DNA of 64,000 bases, from contig JAUNAC010000002.1 of assembly GCA_030527825.1 (NCBI GenBank), forward strand, positions 256,001-320,000, written 5' to 3'. The notes below the pieces were generated by a model. The model worked only from the letters and a program-made list of their open reading frames with translations, made no database searches and was not told the origin of the DNA. Both the position numbers and the translations under genes were made by a program. Source of the DNA: Lautropia sp. GTDB lineage: Bacteria > Pseudomonadota > Gammaproteobacteria > Burkholderiales > Burkholderiaceae_E. Below, piece by piece: positions 49,743 to 61,396 of this stretch. The first letter of the stretch is position 1; the number at the start of each line of letters is the position of its first letter.

Positions 49743-49916
49743 CCCTGAGCGGCCTGCAACTGATGGCCTGTTGCAGCAGCGACCGTACCGGGTGGTCGTG
49801 TTTGACCCCGCTTTTTGCGTGGCGATACAATTGCCTGGTTCATCCCGCTGTACGGGAGTCCGTCTGCCCGTCATGCGCGTGCAGCCCGGTGTCAATCTTC
49901 ATTCTCTAGGTACATC

Positions 49917-50714
49917 ATGCCAGATTCCAAAAACACCCATGGCACACGTCGCCCCCTGGTGATGGGCAACTGGAAAATGAATGGCAGGCAGGCCAGTAAC
50001 GAGGCACTACTGACGGCGCTGAAGCCAGCCGTGTCAGATGCTTTCGCTGGTATCGAGCTGGCTGTTTGCCCTCCATTTCCCTATCTTTCTCAGGTGAATG
50101 CACTGCTCAGGGGTAGCGCCATCACGTATGGCGCACAGAACCTGTCGGCTCAGCATGACGGGGCCTATACGGGTGAAGTGTCTGCCGAGATGCTGCTGGA
50201 TCTTGGGGTGCGCTGGGTGCTTGTCGGGCACTCCGAGCGGCGTGCGCTATATGGTGAAACGGATGCGCTGGTTGCCGACAAGACACGCGTAGCGCTGGCC
50301 GCTGGCCTGGTGCCGGTGATCTGCATCGGTGAAACCCTGGCGGAGCGTAAGGCCGAGCAAACAGAGGCCGTGCTGGCCCGTCAGCTTGATGCCGTGCTGC
50401 CGGTGATCAAGGACCAGTCGCCGCAATCCTTTGTGCTGGCTTATGAACCGGTCTGGGCCATTGGTACCGGACTCACGGCGACCCCGGAGCAGGCTCAGGC
50501 AGTGCATGCCTTCCTGCGTCAGCGTCTGCGTGATCATGGCTATGCCGCCGCTGACAGTCTGCGGATTCTCTACGGTGGGTCCGTCAAGGCAGCCAACGCA
50601 GGGGAGCTCTTCGCTCAGCCTGATGTGGATGGCGGGCTGGTTGGTGGGGCGTCGCTAGTTGCAAATGAATTCATCGGCATTGCTAAAGCGGCCGTTGCGA
50701 GTCTGGGGGTCTGA
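49917..50714 (+). CDS. tpiA: Triosephosphate isomerase
   Basis: VMGNWKMNG, GHSERR, AYEPVWAIGTG, YGGSV. Start ATG 49917. Confidence 0.93.
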   Translation: MPDSKNTHGTRRPLVMGNWKMNGRQASNEALLTALKPAVSDAFAGIELAVCPPFPYLSQVNALLRGSAITYGAQNLSAQHDGAYTGEVSAEMLLDLGVRWVLVGHSERRALYGETDALVADKTRVALAAGLVPVICIGETLAERKAEQTEAVLARQLDAVLPVIKDQSPQSFVLAYEPVWAIGTGLTATPEQAQAVHAFLRQRLRDHGYAAADSLRILYGGSVKAANAGELFAQPDVDGGLVGGASLVANEFIGIAKAAVASLGV

Positions 50715-50722
50715 GTCCGTCG

Positions 50723-51187
50723 ATGAGCAATCTTTTTCATACGATCGCGCTGATTTTGCTTATTATCTCGGCGTTGGGTGTCGTGTTGCTGGTGCTTCTG
50801 CAGCACGGCAAGGGGGCTGACATGGGGGCTGCCTTTGGTTCCGGCTCCTCGGGCAGCCTGTTCGGCGCCAGCGGCTCGGCCAATTTTCTGTCGCGCATGA
50901 CCGGCATCTGTGCAACTGTCTTTTTTGCAAGTACATTGGCCCTGGCATTTCTGGCCCATCCTGGACATCGCCATGGTGCTGCTTCCGGTGGTGACAGCAG
51001 CGTAATGGAGGGTGTACAGTTACCGCCCGAATCCTCCGTGCCGTCAGCGCCTTCCGGGCATCCCTCTGTGGCGCCTCAGCAACGTAGTGACGCTGTTCCG
51101 GAAGGCCCGACGGCAGGTCAGGCCACGGCTGTTTCCGGTACCGGGCAGGATGTGCCGCCGGCGGGTGATGTTCACGTCAAAAAGTAG
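50723..51187 (+). CDS. secG: Preprotein translocase subunit SecG (with extended C-tail)
   Basis: LLVLLQHGKGADMGAAFGSGSSGSLFGASG core. Confidence 0.9.
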   Translation: MSNLFHTIALILLIISALGVVLLVLLQHGKGADMGAAFGSGSSGSLFGASGSANFLSRMTGICATVFFASTLALAFLAHPGHRHGAASGGDSSVMEGVQLPPESSVPSAPSGHPSVAPQQRSDAVPEGPTAGQATAVSGTGQDVPPAGDVHVKK

Positions 51188-51367
51188 TAGACAGCGGACA
51201 GACGGCGAAAGCCTTTGCCCATTTCACCCGGATTCCATGGATAATCTGACCTGGATCAATGTGGTGCGGGCATGGTGTTGCATCATGGGAGGTGTTGTGA
51301 TGCGGATGGGTGCTCGTCGTGGGTTTATGGAGTCGCAGGAGATACCAGACGGATATTGATGATCTGT

Positions 51368-51396
51368 TTGGACGTATCACGAAATCGAAGTAGAAT
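51368..51396 (+). promoter_or_regulatory. sigma70-type promoter for tRNA-Leu
   Basis: TTGGAC - 17 nt - TAGAAT, ending 9 nt before the tRNA 5' end. Confidence 0.55.
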
Positions 51397-51405
51397 GACC
51401 CGATT

Positions 51406-51490
51406 GCCGACGTGGTGAAATTGGTAGACACGCTATCTTGAGGGGGTAGTGGCGCAAGCTGTGCGAGTTCGAGTCTCGCCGTCGGCACCA
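51406..51490 (+). tRNA. tRNA-Leu (anticodon GAG), class II with long variable arm, CCA encoded
   Basis: 7-bp acceptor stem GCCGACG/CGTCGGC. Anticodon loop TTGAGGG. GTTCGAGTC T-loop. 85 nt including CCA. Confidence 0.9.
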
Positions 51491-51576
51491 GGATTGCTTC
51501 ATGAGTCGGGTTGTTCCAGTGAATATTTCCGGTTCATACAAGGGCTGCCAGTCTTATCGGTCCTAGAGGTTATTTC

Positions 51577-51936
51577 GTGGATTTGAACAACTATTTACCA
51601 GTCTTGCTTTTTCTTGCTGTTGGCGCCCTGGTGGGTGTTGGCCCCATGGCAATCGGCAAGCTGCTTGGCCCCTCACGTCCTGACCCCGAAAAACTGTCCG
51701 CATATGAATGCGGCTTCGAGGCATTTGGTGACGCCCGGATGCAGGTTGACATCCGTTATTACCTAGTTGCCATCCTGTTCATTCTGTTTGATCTGGAAAT
51801 CGCCTTTCTGTTTCCGTGGGCGGTTTCGCTGGGCACCATTGGTTTCATCGGTTTCATGTCGATGATGGTTTTTCTTGGCATTCTCGTCATTGGCTTCATT
51901 TATGAATGGGGCAAGGGTGCGCTTGACTGGGAATAG
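51577..51936 (+). CDS. nuoA: NADH-quinone oxidoreductase subunit A
   Basis: 119 aa, 3 TM. YECGF motif. Confidence 0.93.
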   Translation: MDLNNYLPVLLFLAVGALVGVGPMAIGKLLGPSRPDPEKLSAYECGFEAFGDARMQVDIRYYLVAILFILFDLEIAFLFPWAVSLGTIGFIGFMSMMVFLGILVIGFIYEWGKGALDWE

Positions 51937-52052
51937 GGCCTGGGTGCTGCCTGCCTATCACGTGGTGTAGTTGTCTGTATTTTGCGCCTGGTGCGGGTGC
52001 TGTTTTCCTGAGTATTACCTGAACAACCTGCTATTTCTTTCTGAGACGGTCC

Positions 52053-52532
52053 ATGAGTATCGAAGGTGTACTGAATGAAGGCTTTGTCACGACCAATCTT
52101 GACAAGCTGATCAACTGGACTCGTACCGGTTCACTCTGGGCCATGACTTTTGGTCTGGCCTGTTGCGCCGTCGAGATGATTCATGCCGGTTGTTCGCGCT
52201 ATGATCTTGACCGTTTCGGCGTCATTTTTCGGCCCAGCCCCCGACATTCGGACGTGATGATCGTGGCCGGCACCCTGTGCAACAAGATGGCCCCGGCGCT
52301 GCGAAAGGTTTATGACCAGATGCCCGAGCCGCGGTGGGTCATTTCCATGGGTTCCTGTGCCAATGGTGGCGGCTACTACCACTATTCCTATTCCGTGGTC
52401 CGTGGCTGTGATCGTATCGTGCCTGTGGACATTTATGTGCCAGGCTGTCCGCCGACGGCCGAGGCGCTGATCTACGGCATCATTCAGCTTCAGCGCAAAA
52501 TCCGTGAAACCTACACTATCGCGCGTGCCTGA
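52053..52532 (+). CDS. nuoB: NADH-quinone oxidoreductase subunit B
   Basis: N2-cluster ligands CCAVEM ... [14 protein letters not shown] ... GCPP. Confidence 0.95.
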   Translation: MSIEGVLNEGFVTTNLDKLINWTRTGSLWAMTFGLACCAVEMIHAGCSRYDLDRFGVIFRPSPRHSDVMIVAGTLCNKMAPALRKVYDQMPEPRWVISMGSCANGGGYYHYSYSVVRGCDRIVPVDIYVPGCPPTAEALIYGIIQLQRKIRETYTIARA

Positions 52533-52534
52533 TC

Positions 52535-53143
52535 ATGAGTACCGATGCACTGGTAGCCGCTCTGCATGATGCCCTCGGGGAACGGATTCTTGGTCTTTCA
52601 ACCGCGTTTGATCAGGTTACGGTCGAGATCAGTGCCGATTGTCATCACATTGTCTGTGAACGGCTGAGGGACGATCCGCGGCTTGGTTTCGAGATGATGG
52701 TCGATCTGTGCGGCATTGATTACTCTACCTATGGCAACTCGGAATGGGATGCTCCGCGTTTTGCGGTCGTGATGCATCTTCTTAGCATCCGGAACAATCA
52801 GCGTCTGCGCCTGCGCTCTTTCTGTATGGACGACGACGCGCCGATCATCGAGACGGTGACCGATCTGTGGCCCTGTGCCAACTGGTTCGAGCGGGAAGCC
52901 TTTGATCTGTTTGGCATCGTCTTTTCAGGACATCCCGACCTTCGCCGGATATTGACGGACTATGGTTTTATCGGCCATCCGTTTCGCAAGGATTTCCCTA
53001 TCTCGGGCTATACCGAGATGCGTTATGACGACAAGCAGCGTCGTGTTGTCTATCAGCCCGTCACCATTGAGCCGCGTGAGAATGTCCCGCGCATTGTTCG
53101 TGAAGAGCAGTACGCATCTGGTGTGACACGCAACGATCAGTGA
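52535..53143 (+). CDS. nuoC: NADH-quinone oxidoreductase subunit C (unfused)
   Basis: 30-kDa subunit family; separate from nuoD. Confidence 0.93.
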   Translation: MSTDALVAALHDALGERILGLSTAFDQVTVEISADCHHIVCERLRDDPRLGFEMMVDLCGIDYSTYGNSEWDAPRFAVVMHLLSIRNNQRLRLRSFCMDDDAPIIETVTDLWPCANWFEREAFDLFGIVFSGHPDLRRILTDYGFIGHPFRKDFPISGYTEMRYDDKQRRVVYQPVTIEPRENVPRIVREEQYASGVTRNDQ

Positions 53144-53150
53144 GACGAAC

Positions 53151-54407
53151 ATGGCGGAGATCAAGAATTACACCCTGAATTTCGGGCCGCAGCACCCGGC
53201 TGCGCACGGCGTGTTGCGTCTGGTGCTCGAAATGGACGGCGAGGTGGTGCAGCGTGCAGACCCGCATATCGGTCTGTTGCACCGCGCAACCGAAAAACTG
53301 GCAGAGCAGCGTACCTATCTGCAGGCGTTGCCTTATATGGATCGTCTTGATTACGTATCCATGATGTGCAATGAGCATGCTTATGTCATGGCCGTCGAGC
53401 GTATGCTGGGGATCGAAGCACCGGTGCGTGCCCGCTATATCCGGGTCATGTTTGACGAGATCACGCGGATTCTCAACCACCTGATGTGGATTGGTTCCCA
53501 TGCGCTGGACGTCGGGGCGATGGCCGTGATCCTCTATGCGTTCCGGGAACGTGAAGCGCTCTTTGATTGTTATGAGGCGGTTTCAGGTGCCCGCATGCAC
53601 GCGGCCTATTATCGGCCAGGCGGGCTGGACGGTGATCTTCCGGGAACCATGAGCAAGTATCGGGCCAGCAAAGGCGGGATTTCCGAAAGCCGGGCCAAGG
53701 CACTCAACCTGGATCGTGAAGGTTCTCTGCTTGATTTCATCGAGTCCTTCACGGATGTATTTCCTACCTGCGTGGATGAGTATGAAACGCTTCTGACCGA
53801 CAACCGGATCTGGAAACAGCGTCTGGTCGGGATCGGCATCGTTGATCCTGAACGGGCAAAGGCCCTGGGGCTTACCGGACCCATGCTGCGTGGCTCTGGC
53901 GTGGTCTGGGATCTGCGCAAGCACCAGCCCTATGCGGTGTATGACCAGATGGATTTCGATATTCCGGTTGGGGTAAACGGTGACTCTTATGACCGGTATC
54001 TGGTGCGTGTCAATGAGATGCGCCAGAGCAACCGGATCATTCGCCAGTGCGTTCAGTGGTTGCGGGCCAACCCCGGGCCTGTCATGGTGAGCGATTATAA
54101 GGTCGCGCCGCCTGCCCGTGTCGCGATGAAAAGCAACATGGAAGAGCTGATTCACCACTTCAAGTATTTCACCGAAGGTATGCATGTACCTGAATCCGAG
54201 GTGTATGCGGCAGTGGAACATCCCAAAGGTGAATTCGGCATTTATCTGGTGTCCGACGGTGCTAATAAACCCTATCGCATGAAGATCCGTCCACCGGGTT
54301 TTGTGCATCTGCAGGCGCTGGACGAGATGTCGCGTGGCCACATGCTGGCTGACGTTGTGACAATCATCGGCAGCCAGGACATCGTTTTCGGAGAGATCGA
54401 TCGATGA
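53151..54407 (+). CDS. nuoD: NADH-quinone oxidoreductase subunit D
   Basis: 49-kDa subunit, 418 aa. Confidence 0.95.
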   Translation: MAEIKNYTLNFGPQHPAAHGVLRLVLEMDGEVVQRADPHIGLLHRATEKLAEQRTYLQALPYMDRLDYVSMMCNEHAYVMAVERMLGIEAPVRARYIRVMFDEITRILNHLMWIGSHALDVGAMAVILYAFREREALFDCYEAVSGARMHAAYYRPGGLDGDLPGTMSKYRASKGGISESRAKALNLDREGSLLDFIESFTDVFPTCVDEYETLLTDNRIWKQRLVGIGIVDPERAKALGLTGPMLRGSGVVWDLRKHQPYAVYDQMDFDIPVGVNGDSYDRYLVRVNEMRQSNRIIRQCVQWLRANPGPVMVSDYKVAPPARVAMKSNMEELIHHFKYFTEGMHVPESEVYAAVEHPKGEFGIYLVSDGANKPYRMKIRPPGFVHLQALDEMSRGHMLADVVTIIGSQDIVFGEIDR

Positions 54408-54925
54408 CGGCGACCAAAGCCATTCCAGTAAAACGTCTGATGTCGGATGGGGCCTATCAGCTCATCGACCGCGAGATCGCCAAATATCCTCCCGAGCAGA
54501 AGCAGTCAGCCGTGATGGCTTCCTTGACGATCGCACAGGATGAGGTCGGCTGGATCTCGCCAGCCGTCATTGAGGACATTGCTGATTACCTGTCCATGCC
54601 CCCCATCGCCGTCTATGAAGTGGCCTCTTTCTACAATATGTATAACCTTGAAGAGGTTGGCACCTGGAAGATCGGGGTCTGTACTTGCTTGCCTTGCGCA
54701 TTGCGCGAGGGGGACAAGGCGGGCGAATATCTGAAGCAGAAACTTGGTATTGATTTCGGCGAAACCACCCCGGATGGGCGCTTTACGCTGATCGAAACCG
54801 AATGTCTCGGCTCATGTGCTGATGCACCCATCTGTCTGATCAACGACAAGCGGGTCGAAAGTTTCATGGACAATGCGAAGCTGGATGCATTGATTGATGA
54901 ATTGCGTCAGAAGGACCGTAACTGA
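54404..54925 (+). CDS. nuoE: NADH-quinone oxidoreductase subunit E
   Basis: 24-kDa subunit. 2Fe-2S Cys ligands (CTCLPC ... CLGSCADAP). Confidence 0.93.
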   Translation: MTATKAIPVKRLMSDGAYQLIDREIAKYPPEQKQSAVMASLTIAQDEVGWISPAVIEDIADYLSMPPIAVYEVASFYNMYNLEEVGTWKIGVCTCLPCALREGDKAGEYLKQKLGIDFGETTPDGRFTLIETECLGSCADAPICLINDKRVESFMDNAKLDALIDELRQKDRN

Positions 54926-54927
54926 CC

Positions 54928-56277
54928 ATGGACAGGAAACTTCAGATTGATGCCCGTGTCCAGGAGACCTGTTTTCATGGACGGCATATCAATCCCCAGA
55001 TTTTTGCTGGACTGAATTCCCCCGACGACTGGGCGCTTGAGCGTTATCTGGAGAGGGGGGGGTATCAGGCTCTGCGACGCATTCTCCTGGGGAGTGATGG
55101 CAAGCCACCGATGACGCCTGAAGAGGTCATAGCCGAAGTCAAGGCGTCTGGATTGCGTGGACGGGGCGGTGCCGGTTTTCCGACGGGGCTGAAATGGAGT
55201 TTCATGCCTCGCCAGTTTCCCGGCCAGAAATATCTGGTCTGTAATTCCGATGAAGGTGAGCCCGGCACTTTCAAGGATCGGGACATCCTGCGCTATAACC
55301 CGCACATCGTCATTGAGGGGATGGCCATCGCAGGTTACGCGATGGGCATCAGTGCCGGTTACAACTACATCCATGGCGAGATTTTCCGGGTCTACGAGCG
55401 CTTTCAGGCTGCGCTGGAGCAGGCAAGGGCGGCTGGATATCTCGGTGACAACATCCTGGGATCAGGATTTTCCTTCCAGCTGAATGCTCACCATGGTTTC
55501 GGTGCCTATATTTGCGGTGAAGAGACAGCGTTGCTCGAATCGCTGGAAGGAAAAAAAGGTCAACCACGCTTCAAACCGCCGTTTCCAGCCAGTTTCGGCC
55601 TGTATGGCAAGCCTACGACCATCAACAATACCGAGACTTTTGCTGCCGTACCCTGGATCATCCGGAATGGGGGGGCCGCTTTTTTGGAGGCTGGCAAACC
55701 AAACAATGGGGGGACCAAGATTTTTTCCATTGGTGGTGATGTCGAACGACCGGGTAATTACGAAATACCGTTAGGCACACCTTTTGCCAAACTGCTTGAG
55801 TTGGCGGGGGGCGTACGTTATGGACGCAAGCTGAAAATGGTTATCCCTGGCGGCTCGTCAGCACCTGTTATCCCCGCTGAGATGATGATGGATCTGACAA
55901 TGGATTACGATGCCATCGCCAAGGCGGGTTCGATGCTGGGGTCTGGGGCCGTTATCGTAATGGATGAGACGCGGTGTGCAGTGCGCAGTCTGGAGCGGCT
56001 TTCCTATTTCTATGCGCATGAAAGCTGTGGGCAATGTACGCCCTGTCGTGAGGGAACCGGCTGGCTGTACCGTCTGGTACACCGCATTGAGCATGGTCAG
56101 GGCCGCCCCGAGGACATTGATGAGCTGGACCGTGTAGCCGGGAACATTCAGGGACGTACCATCTGCGCGTTGGGAGATGCTGCCGCGATGCCGGTACGCG
56201 GTTTTATCAAGCACTATCGTGATGAATTCGTTCATCACGTCGAACACAAGACCTGTCTTGTGCCGACTTCCCTTTAA
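54928..56277 (+). CDS. nuoF: NADH-quinone oxidoreductase subunit F
   Basis: 51-kDa subunit. FMN/NADH site ([19 protein letters not shown]). 4Fe-4[13 protein letters not shown]. Confidence 0.95.
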   Translation: MDRKLQIDARVQETCFHGRHINPQIFAGLNSPDDWALERYLERGGYQALRRILLGSDGKPPMTPEEVIAEVKASGLRGRGGAGFPTGLKWSFMPRQFPGQKYLVCNSDEGEPGTFKDRDILRYNPHIVIEGMAIAGYAMGISAGYNYIHGEIFRVYERFQAALEQARAAGYLGDNILGSGFSFQLNAHHGFGAYICGEETALLESLEGKKGQPRFKPPFPASFGLYGKPTTINNTETFAAVPWIIRNGGAAFLEAGKPNNGGTKIFSIGGDVERPGNYEIPLGTPFAKLLELAGGVRYGRKLKMVIPGGSSAPVIPAEMMMDLTMDYDAIAKAGSMLGSGAVIVMDETRCAVRSLERLSYFYAHESCGQCTPCREGTGWLYRLVHRIEHGQGRPEDIDELDRVAGNIQGRTICALGDAAAMPVRGFIKHYRDEFVHHVEHKTCLVPTSL

Positions 56278-56297
56278 GTTAATCTGACGGGACAGTT

Positions 56298-58781
56298 ATG
56301 GTCGAAGTCGAAATTGATGGGCAGAAAGTATCGGTTGCTGAAGGTAGCATGGTAATGCATGCCGCCGATGTGGCGGGTATATATGTGCCGCACTTTTGCT
56401 ATCACAAAAAGCTTTCTCTGGCGGCTAGTTGTCGTATGTGTCTGGTAGAGGTGGAAAAGGCGCCCAAGGCGTTGCCTGCCTGTGCTACACCCGTCACTGC
56501 CGGTATGAAGGTGCATACGCACTCCAAGAAGGCGGTAGATGCACAGCGTGCGGTCATGGAGTTTCTCCTGATCAATCATCCACTGGATTGTCCGATCTGT
56601 GATCAGGGTGGAGAATGTCAGCTCCAGGATCTGGCAGTTGGTTACGGTAAGTCGACCTCAAATTATCGCGAAGAAAAGCGGGTTGTGTTCCACAAAAGCA
56701 TGGGACCGCTAATTTCCGCCGAGGAAATGTCCCGTTGCATTCACTGTACACGCTGCGTACGTTTTGGGCAGGAAATTGCCGGCATCATGGAACTTGGCAT
56801 GGGTGGCCGGGGTGAGCATGCGCAGATTCTCAGTTTTCTGGGGCATTCCGTTGATTCGGAAATCTCTGGAAACATGATTGACATCTGTCCGGTGGGCGCG
56901 CTCACCAGCAAGCCCTTCCGTTATTCAGCCCGTACCTGGGAATTGACTCGCCGTCGTTCAGTGGCACCTCATGATTCGTTGGGCTCCAATATTGTGGTGC
57001 AGGTCAAGCATGATCAGGTCAAACGCGTGCTGCCCTTCGAAAATGAGCAGATCAATGAATGCTGGATTTCTGACCGGGACCGTTTCTCCTACGAAGGTGT
57101 GGCTGCATCAGATCGTCTGCTGGTGCCGATGATCAAGCAGGACAATGAATGGCATGAAGTGTCCTGGGAGTCTGCGCTGGATTATGTGACTCATGCTCTG
57201 GCTGACGTCGCCCGACAGCATGGTCCGGAGTCCATCGGGATGCTGGCTTCTCCAACCGCCACGCTGGAGGAGCTTTATCTGGGTGGCACGCTGATGCGTG
57301 GTCTGGGCAGCGAAAACATTGATTTTCGCCTGCGTCAGACCGATTTTTCGATGGATGCGCAGCGTGCAGGAGTGCCTTGGCTAGGGCATGCCATACATGA
57401 TGTAGACAGCTTTGATACCCTTTTGATCATCGGGTCATTCCTGCGCAAGGATCATCCGCTGCTGGCCGCCCGCGTGCGTCATGCGGCCAAAAATGGTACG
57501 GCCGTTCATGCTGTCCATGGCGTGGCGGAAGACTGGCTCATGCCCCTGGCCGGACGGCACATATTGCCGCCTCATCAATGGCTTGATCATTTGATCGAGG
57601 TGCTGGTGGCTGGTTGTCGTCAGGCGGGCAAGCCTGTGCCATCACCTTATGCCGATATCGAACCTTCCAGTGGGGCTGTGGAACTGGCGACCGCTCTGGC
57701 CGGGGGCGAGCGACGGACCATCTGGCTGGGCAACGCAGTAGTTCAGCATCCTGAGCATGGTGCCATCCTGCAGGTGGTTCAGGCCATCGCCGAGCAGACC
57801 GGCGCGCATTTCGGCGTGGTTGGTGAGGCTGCCAATTCGGTCGGTGGATACCTTGCAACGGCCTTGCCGGTAGTGGGCAGTAAGGGGCTCAACGCTGTGC
57901 AGATGATGACGGAACCGCGTCGTGCCTACGTGCTGCATGGCATCGAGCCTGGTTTCGATATGGCTGATGGCGTGACCGCGCGTGCTGCATTGAGCCAGGC
58001 AGACACAGTTATTGCTCTTACAGCTTATGCATCTGCGGATTTGCTGGAAGTGGCTGACTGCTTGCTGCCGATTACGCCGTTCACCGAAACGGGCGGCTCC
58101 TATGTCAATTGCGAAGGTCGCCTGCAGAGCTTTAACGGTGCCGTCCGCCCCGCCGGTCAGGCTCGTCCAGGCTGGAAGGTACTGCGCGTCATTGGTTCTC
58201 TGATGGGTATTCCCGGTTTCGATTTTGAGAGTGTCGAGCAGGTTCGGCAGCGTGCCCTGGGCGGGGTGATCGGATCCGATTCGATGACGCCGCCCATGCC
58301 AGTGAACAAGACCGCGTCATCTGCTCGTCCTGGTGCAGGGCTGCGTCGGCATCTGGTTCGGCAGGAGTCTTTAGTATCACAGCACGTGCCTGATGGTTTG
58401 CTTTTCGGCCGTCTATTGAACAATCATTTAACGTCGGGGCAGTTACCAGCCTATCGCGCCAACCCCTGGTCGGGGGTGTTGCAGCGAATGGCCAATGTGC
58501 CGATTTATGCCGTTGACCCGCTGGTTCGACGGGGCGTGGCACTACAAAAAACACGCGATGCACGCCCTCCCGTGGTTCGGATCAGCGGTGAAATGATGAA
58601 CCGGCTGGGTTTGGAAGGCGTTGACACCGTGCGCGTCACCCAGATGGGGCAGGAAGCAGTGCTTCCCCTGGTGCGGGATGACCGGGTGGTTGATGGTGTG
58701 GCGTGGATTCCAGCCGCGCAACCCGCGGTCATGGCATTACCCGATATGTTCGGCCCGGTCACGCTGGAGGCTGCCAAGTGA
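56298..58781 (+). CDS. nuoG: NADH-quinone oxidoreductase subunit G
   Basis: 827 aa. N-terminal 2Fe-2S (CRMCLVEV) and 4Fe-4S motifs, molybdopterin-like domain. Confidence 0.95.
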   Translation: MVEVEIDGQKVSVAEGSMVMHAADVAGIYVPHFCYHKKLSLAASCRMCLVEVEKAPKALPACATPVTAGMKVHTHSKKAVDAQRAVMEFLLINHPLDCPICDQGGECQLQDLAVGYGKSTSNYREEKRVVFHKSMGPLISAEEMSRCIHCTRCVRFGQEIAGIMELGMGGRGEHAQILSFLGHSVDSEISGNMIDICPVGALTSKPFRYSARTWELTRRRSVAPHDSLGSNIVVQVKHDQVKRVLPFENEQINECWISDRDRFSYEGVAASDRLLVPMIKQDNEWHEVSWESALDYVTHALADVARQHGPESIGMLASPTATLEELYLGGTLMRGLGSENIDFRLRQTDFSMDAQRAGVPWLGHAIHDVDSFDTLLIIGSFLRKDHPLLAARVRHAAKNGTAVHAVHGVAEDWLMPLAGRHILPPHQWLDHLIEVLVAGCRQAGKPVPSPYADIEPSSGAVELATALAGGERRTIWLGNAVVQHPEHGAILQVVQAIAEQTGAHFGVVGEAANSVGGYLATALPVVGSKGLNAVQMMTEPRRAYVLHGIEPGFDMADGVTARAALSQADTVIALTAYASADLLEVADCLLPITPFTETGGSYVNCEGRLQSFNGAVRPAGQARPGWKVLRVIGSLMGIPGFDFESVEQVRQRALGGVIGSDSMTPPMPVNKTASSARPGAGLRRHLVRQESLVSQHVPDGLLFGRLLNNHLTSGQLPAYRANPWSGVLQRMANVPIYAVDPLVRRGVALQKTRDARPPVVRISGEMMNRLGLEGVDTVRVTQMGQEAVLPLVRDDRVVDGVAWIPAAQPAVMALPDMFGPVTLEAAK

Positions 58782-59860
58782 ATTTTGTCGATGTGATCGC
58801 TCAGACCGGCCAGCAGTGGCTGGGGTTTGCATGGCCGCTGGTCTGGACACTCATCAAGATCATCGCCCTGGTGGCACCGCTGATGATCTGTGTGGCCTAT
58901 CTGACGCTCTGGGAGCGCAAGATGATCGGCTATATGCATATCCGGATCGGCCCCAACCGAACGGGTCCGTTCGGCTTGTTGCAGCCCATGGCGGACGGCA
59001 TCAAGCTGATGCTCAAGGAAATCCTGCTGCCAGCCCAGGCTAGCCCAATGCTCTTTCTGGTCGCGCCCGTCATGGCCATCATGCCTTCACTGGCAGCCTG
59101 GTCGGTCATACCGTTCGGGCCGGATCGGGCGCTCTCCAATGTCAATGCTGGCATTCTGCTGCTGCTGGCGCTGACTTCTCTGGAGGTCTACGGAGTCATC
59201 CTGGCCGGCTGGGCCTCCAACTCCAAGTACGCATTTCTTGGCGCACTGCGGGCTGCGGCGCAGATGGTGTCCTATGAGCTGGCCATTGGCTTTTGCATGG
59301 TGATGGTGCTGATGGTGTCCGGCAGCATGAACATTTCCGACATCGTGCAAGCTCAGGGGCGCGGCATGTTCGCCGGCCATGGCCTCAACTTTCTGTCCTG
59401 GAACTGGTTGCCGCTGCTGCCCGCCCTTGTGGTGTATTTCGTGTCGGGTGTGGCCGAAACCAACCGTCATCCCTTCGACGTGGTCGAAGGTGAGTCGGAA
59501 ATCGTGGCCGGGCACATGGTTGAATACGCGGGCATGAGTTTTGCGGTGTTCTTCCTGGCTGAATACGCCAACATGATTCTGGTGTCGGCCATGGCAGCCA
59601 TCATGTTCTTTGGTGGTTGGCAGCCTTTCTTCACACTGGGTCTCGACATTGGGCCGCAATGGTTCTGGGACTGGTTTTGGCTGTTCATCAAGACCTTTTT
59701 CCTGGTCAGTCTGTTCATCTGGTTCCGGGCCAGTTTTCCCCGCTATCGGTATGACCAGATCATGCGCCTGGGCTGGAAAGTATTCATTCCGCTGACACTG
59801 GTCTGGCTGCTGCTGATTGCCGTCTGGATGCAGACGCCCTTCAACATCTGGAAGAGCTGA
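58778..59860 (+). CDS. nuoH: NADH-quinone oxidoreductase subunit H (GTG start overlapping nuoG stop)
   Basis: VNFVDVIAQ...[34 protein letters not shown] matches the NuoH N-terminus. The only in-frame start adjacent to the conserved region is GTG 58778 (GTGA overlap). Confidence 0.9.
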   Translation: MNFVDVIAQTGQQWLGFAWPLVWTLIKIIALVAPLMICVAYLTLWERKMIGYMHIRIGPNRTGPFGLLQPMADGIKLMLKEILLPAQASPMLFLVAPVMAIMPSLAAWSVIPFGPDRALSNVNAGILLLLALTSLEVYGVILAGWASNSKYAFLGALRAAAQMVSYELAIGFCMVMVLMVSGSMNISDIVQAQGRGMFAGHGLNFLSWNWLPLLPALVVYFVSGVAETNRHPFDVVEGESEIVAGHMVEYAGMSFAVFFLAEYANMILVSAMAAIMFFGGWQPFFTLGLDIGPQWFWDWFWLFIKTFFLVSLFIWFRASFPRYRYDQIMRLGWKVFIPLTLVWLLLIAVWMQTPFNIWKS

Positions 59861-59863
59861 ACG

Positions 59864-60352
59864 ATGCGAGCGATCAAGGATTTTTTTTCGAGTTTCCTGC
59901 TCTTGGAACTGCTCAAGGGCATGCGATTGACCGGGCGCTACATGTTCGCCCGCAAGATCACGGTTCAGTATCCTGAACAGAAGACGCCGCTGTCACCCCG
60001 ATTCCGGGGTCTGCACGCGCTGCGCCGCTATGCCAACGGCGAGGAGCGCTGCATTGCCTGCAAACTGTGTGAGGCAGTTTGCCCCGCCATGGCCATCACG
60101 ATCGAATCCGCTGTGCGGGCGGACGGTCAGCGCCGGACCACGCGGTACGACATCGACCTGACAAAATGCATTTTCTGTGGACTCTGTGAGGAGTCCTGTC
60201 CAGTCGATTCGATCGTCGAGACTCACATTTTCGAATATCACGGTGAGAAACGCGGCGATCTTTATTTCACCAAGGACATGCTGCTGGCCGTAGGGGACCG
60301 CTACGAAAGCGAGATCGCCGCGGCCCGTGAAGCCGATGCTCCTTTTCGTTGA
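59864..60352 (+). CDS. nuoI: NADH-quinone oxidoreductase subunit I
   Basis: Two CxxCxxCxxxCP ferredoxin motifs. Confidence 0.95.
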   Translation: MRAIKDFFSSFLLLELLKGMRLTGRYMFARKITVQYPEQKTPLSPRFRGLHALRRYANGEERCIACKLCEAVCPAMAITIESAVRADGQRRTTRYDIDLTKCIFCGLCEESCPVDSIVETHIFEYHGEKRGDLYFTKDMLLAVGDRYESEIAAAREADAPFR

Positions 60353-60369
60353 GCAGGGGCGGTTGGCAC

Positions 60370-61056
60370 ATGGATCTCATCACAGTCTTGTTTTTCCTGT
60401 TTTCGCTGGTGACGGTATTTTCTGCGCTGCGAGTTATTACCGCGCGTAATCCGGTTCACAGCGCGTTGTTCCTGGTTCTGACATTTGTCTCTTCGGCTGC
60501 CATCTGGTTACTGATGAAGGCCGAATTCCTGGCCATTGTGCTGGTACTGGTCTACGTAGGCGCAGTGATGGTGCTTTTCCTGTTCGTGGTGATGATGCTC
60601 GATATCGACCTTGATCATCTGCGGGCTGGATTCTGGCGCTCGCTACCTGTCGGACTGTTTGTGGCACTGGTCATCGTTGTCGAGCTGTCTCTGGTGCTGT
60701 GGGCCCATTTCGGTGGTGTTCAGGAGAGTGATCTGATGCCGCCAGGAGCCGATTACGACAACGCCAAGGCATTGGGTGAGGCGCTCTATACCGGGTATAT
60801 CTATCCGCTTGAAATTGCCGGCATGATCCTGTTGGTTGCGATGGTGGCTGCCATTTCGCTGACCATCCGTCGACGCAAGGATCACAAGTCGCAAAAACCG
60901 GGTCTGCAGGTGCGCGCGCGCGCTGCGGACCGTGTGCGGCTGGTCAGTATGGCGCCGGTTCTGCCCGAGCCTGCCCCTGCTGCCGGTGATGAGGGGGCTT
61001 CTGGCTCGGATGCCGCCTCCGCGCAACCGACCGGTGCGGTGGCAACCAAATCGTGA
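60370..61056 (+). CDS. nuoJ: NADH-quinone oxidoreductase subunit J
   Basis: [37 protein letters not shown]... Start at ATG 60370. Confidence 0.9.
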   Translation: MDLITVLFFLFSLVTVFSALRVITARNPVHSALFLVLTFVSSAAIWLLMKAEFLAIVLVLVYVGAVMVLFLFVVMMLDIDLDHLRAGFWRSLPVGLFVALVIVVELSLVLWAHFGGVQESDLMPPGADYDNAKALGEALYTGYIYPLEIAGMILLVAMVAAISLTIRRRKDHKSQKPGLQVRARAADRVRLVSMAPVLPEPAPAAGDEGASGSDAASAQPTGAVATKS

Positions 61057-61069
61057 AAAGGGTGCAACG

Positions 61070-61393
61070 ATGACCGCTGATTTATTGAAACTGGGCCTTG
61101 GGCACTATCTGACACTGGGAGCGGTGCTGTTTTCGATCGGCGTGGTGGGAATCTTTCTTAACCGCCGTAATCTGATCGTGGTGCTGATGTCCATTGAGCT
61201 GATGCTGTTGGCCGTCAACATGAACTTTGTCGCCTTTTCCCATTTCATGGGTGATCTGGCCGGCCAGATTTTTGTTTTCTTCATTCTGACGGTGGCAGCA
61301 GCCGAGTCCGCCATCGGCCTGGCCATTCTGGTTGTGCTGTTCCGTCAGTTCCATTCTGTCAATGTCGAAGATCTCGACCATCTGAGGGGCTAG
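61070..61393 (+). CDS. nuoK: NADH-quinone oxidoreductase subunit K
   Basis: 107 aa, 3 TM, ...[13 protein letters not shown]...[13 protein letters not shown]. Confidence 0.93.
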   Translation: MTADLLKLGLGHYLTLGAVLFSIGVVGIFLNRRNLIVVLMSIELMLLAVNMNFVAFSHFMGDLAGQIFVFFILTVAAAESAIGLAILVVLFRQFHSVNVEDLDHLRG

Positions 61394-61396
61394 CAG

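Noticed and set aside
51012-51359. 115-aa ORF in the secG-tRNA-Leu spacer, and a possible sRNA there.
   Set aside because: The ORF overlaps the secG 3' end, has no SD and Arg/Pro-rich non-protein-like translation. I see no structured-RNA hallmark by eye. The region is better explained as the secG 3' UTR plus the tRNA promoter.
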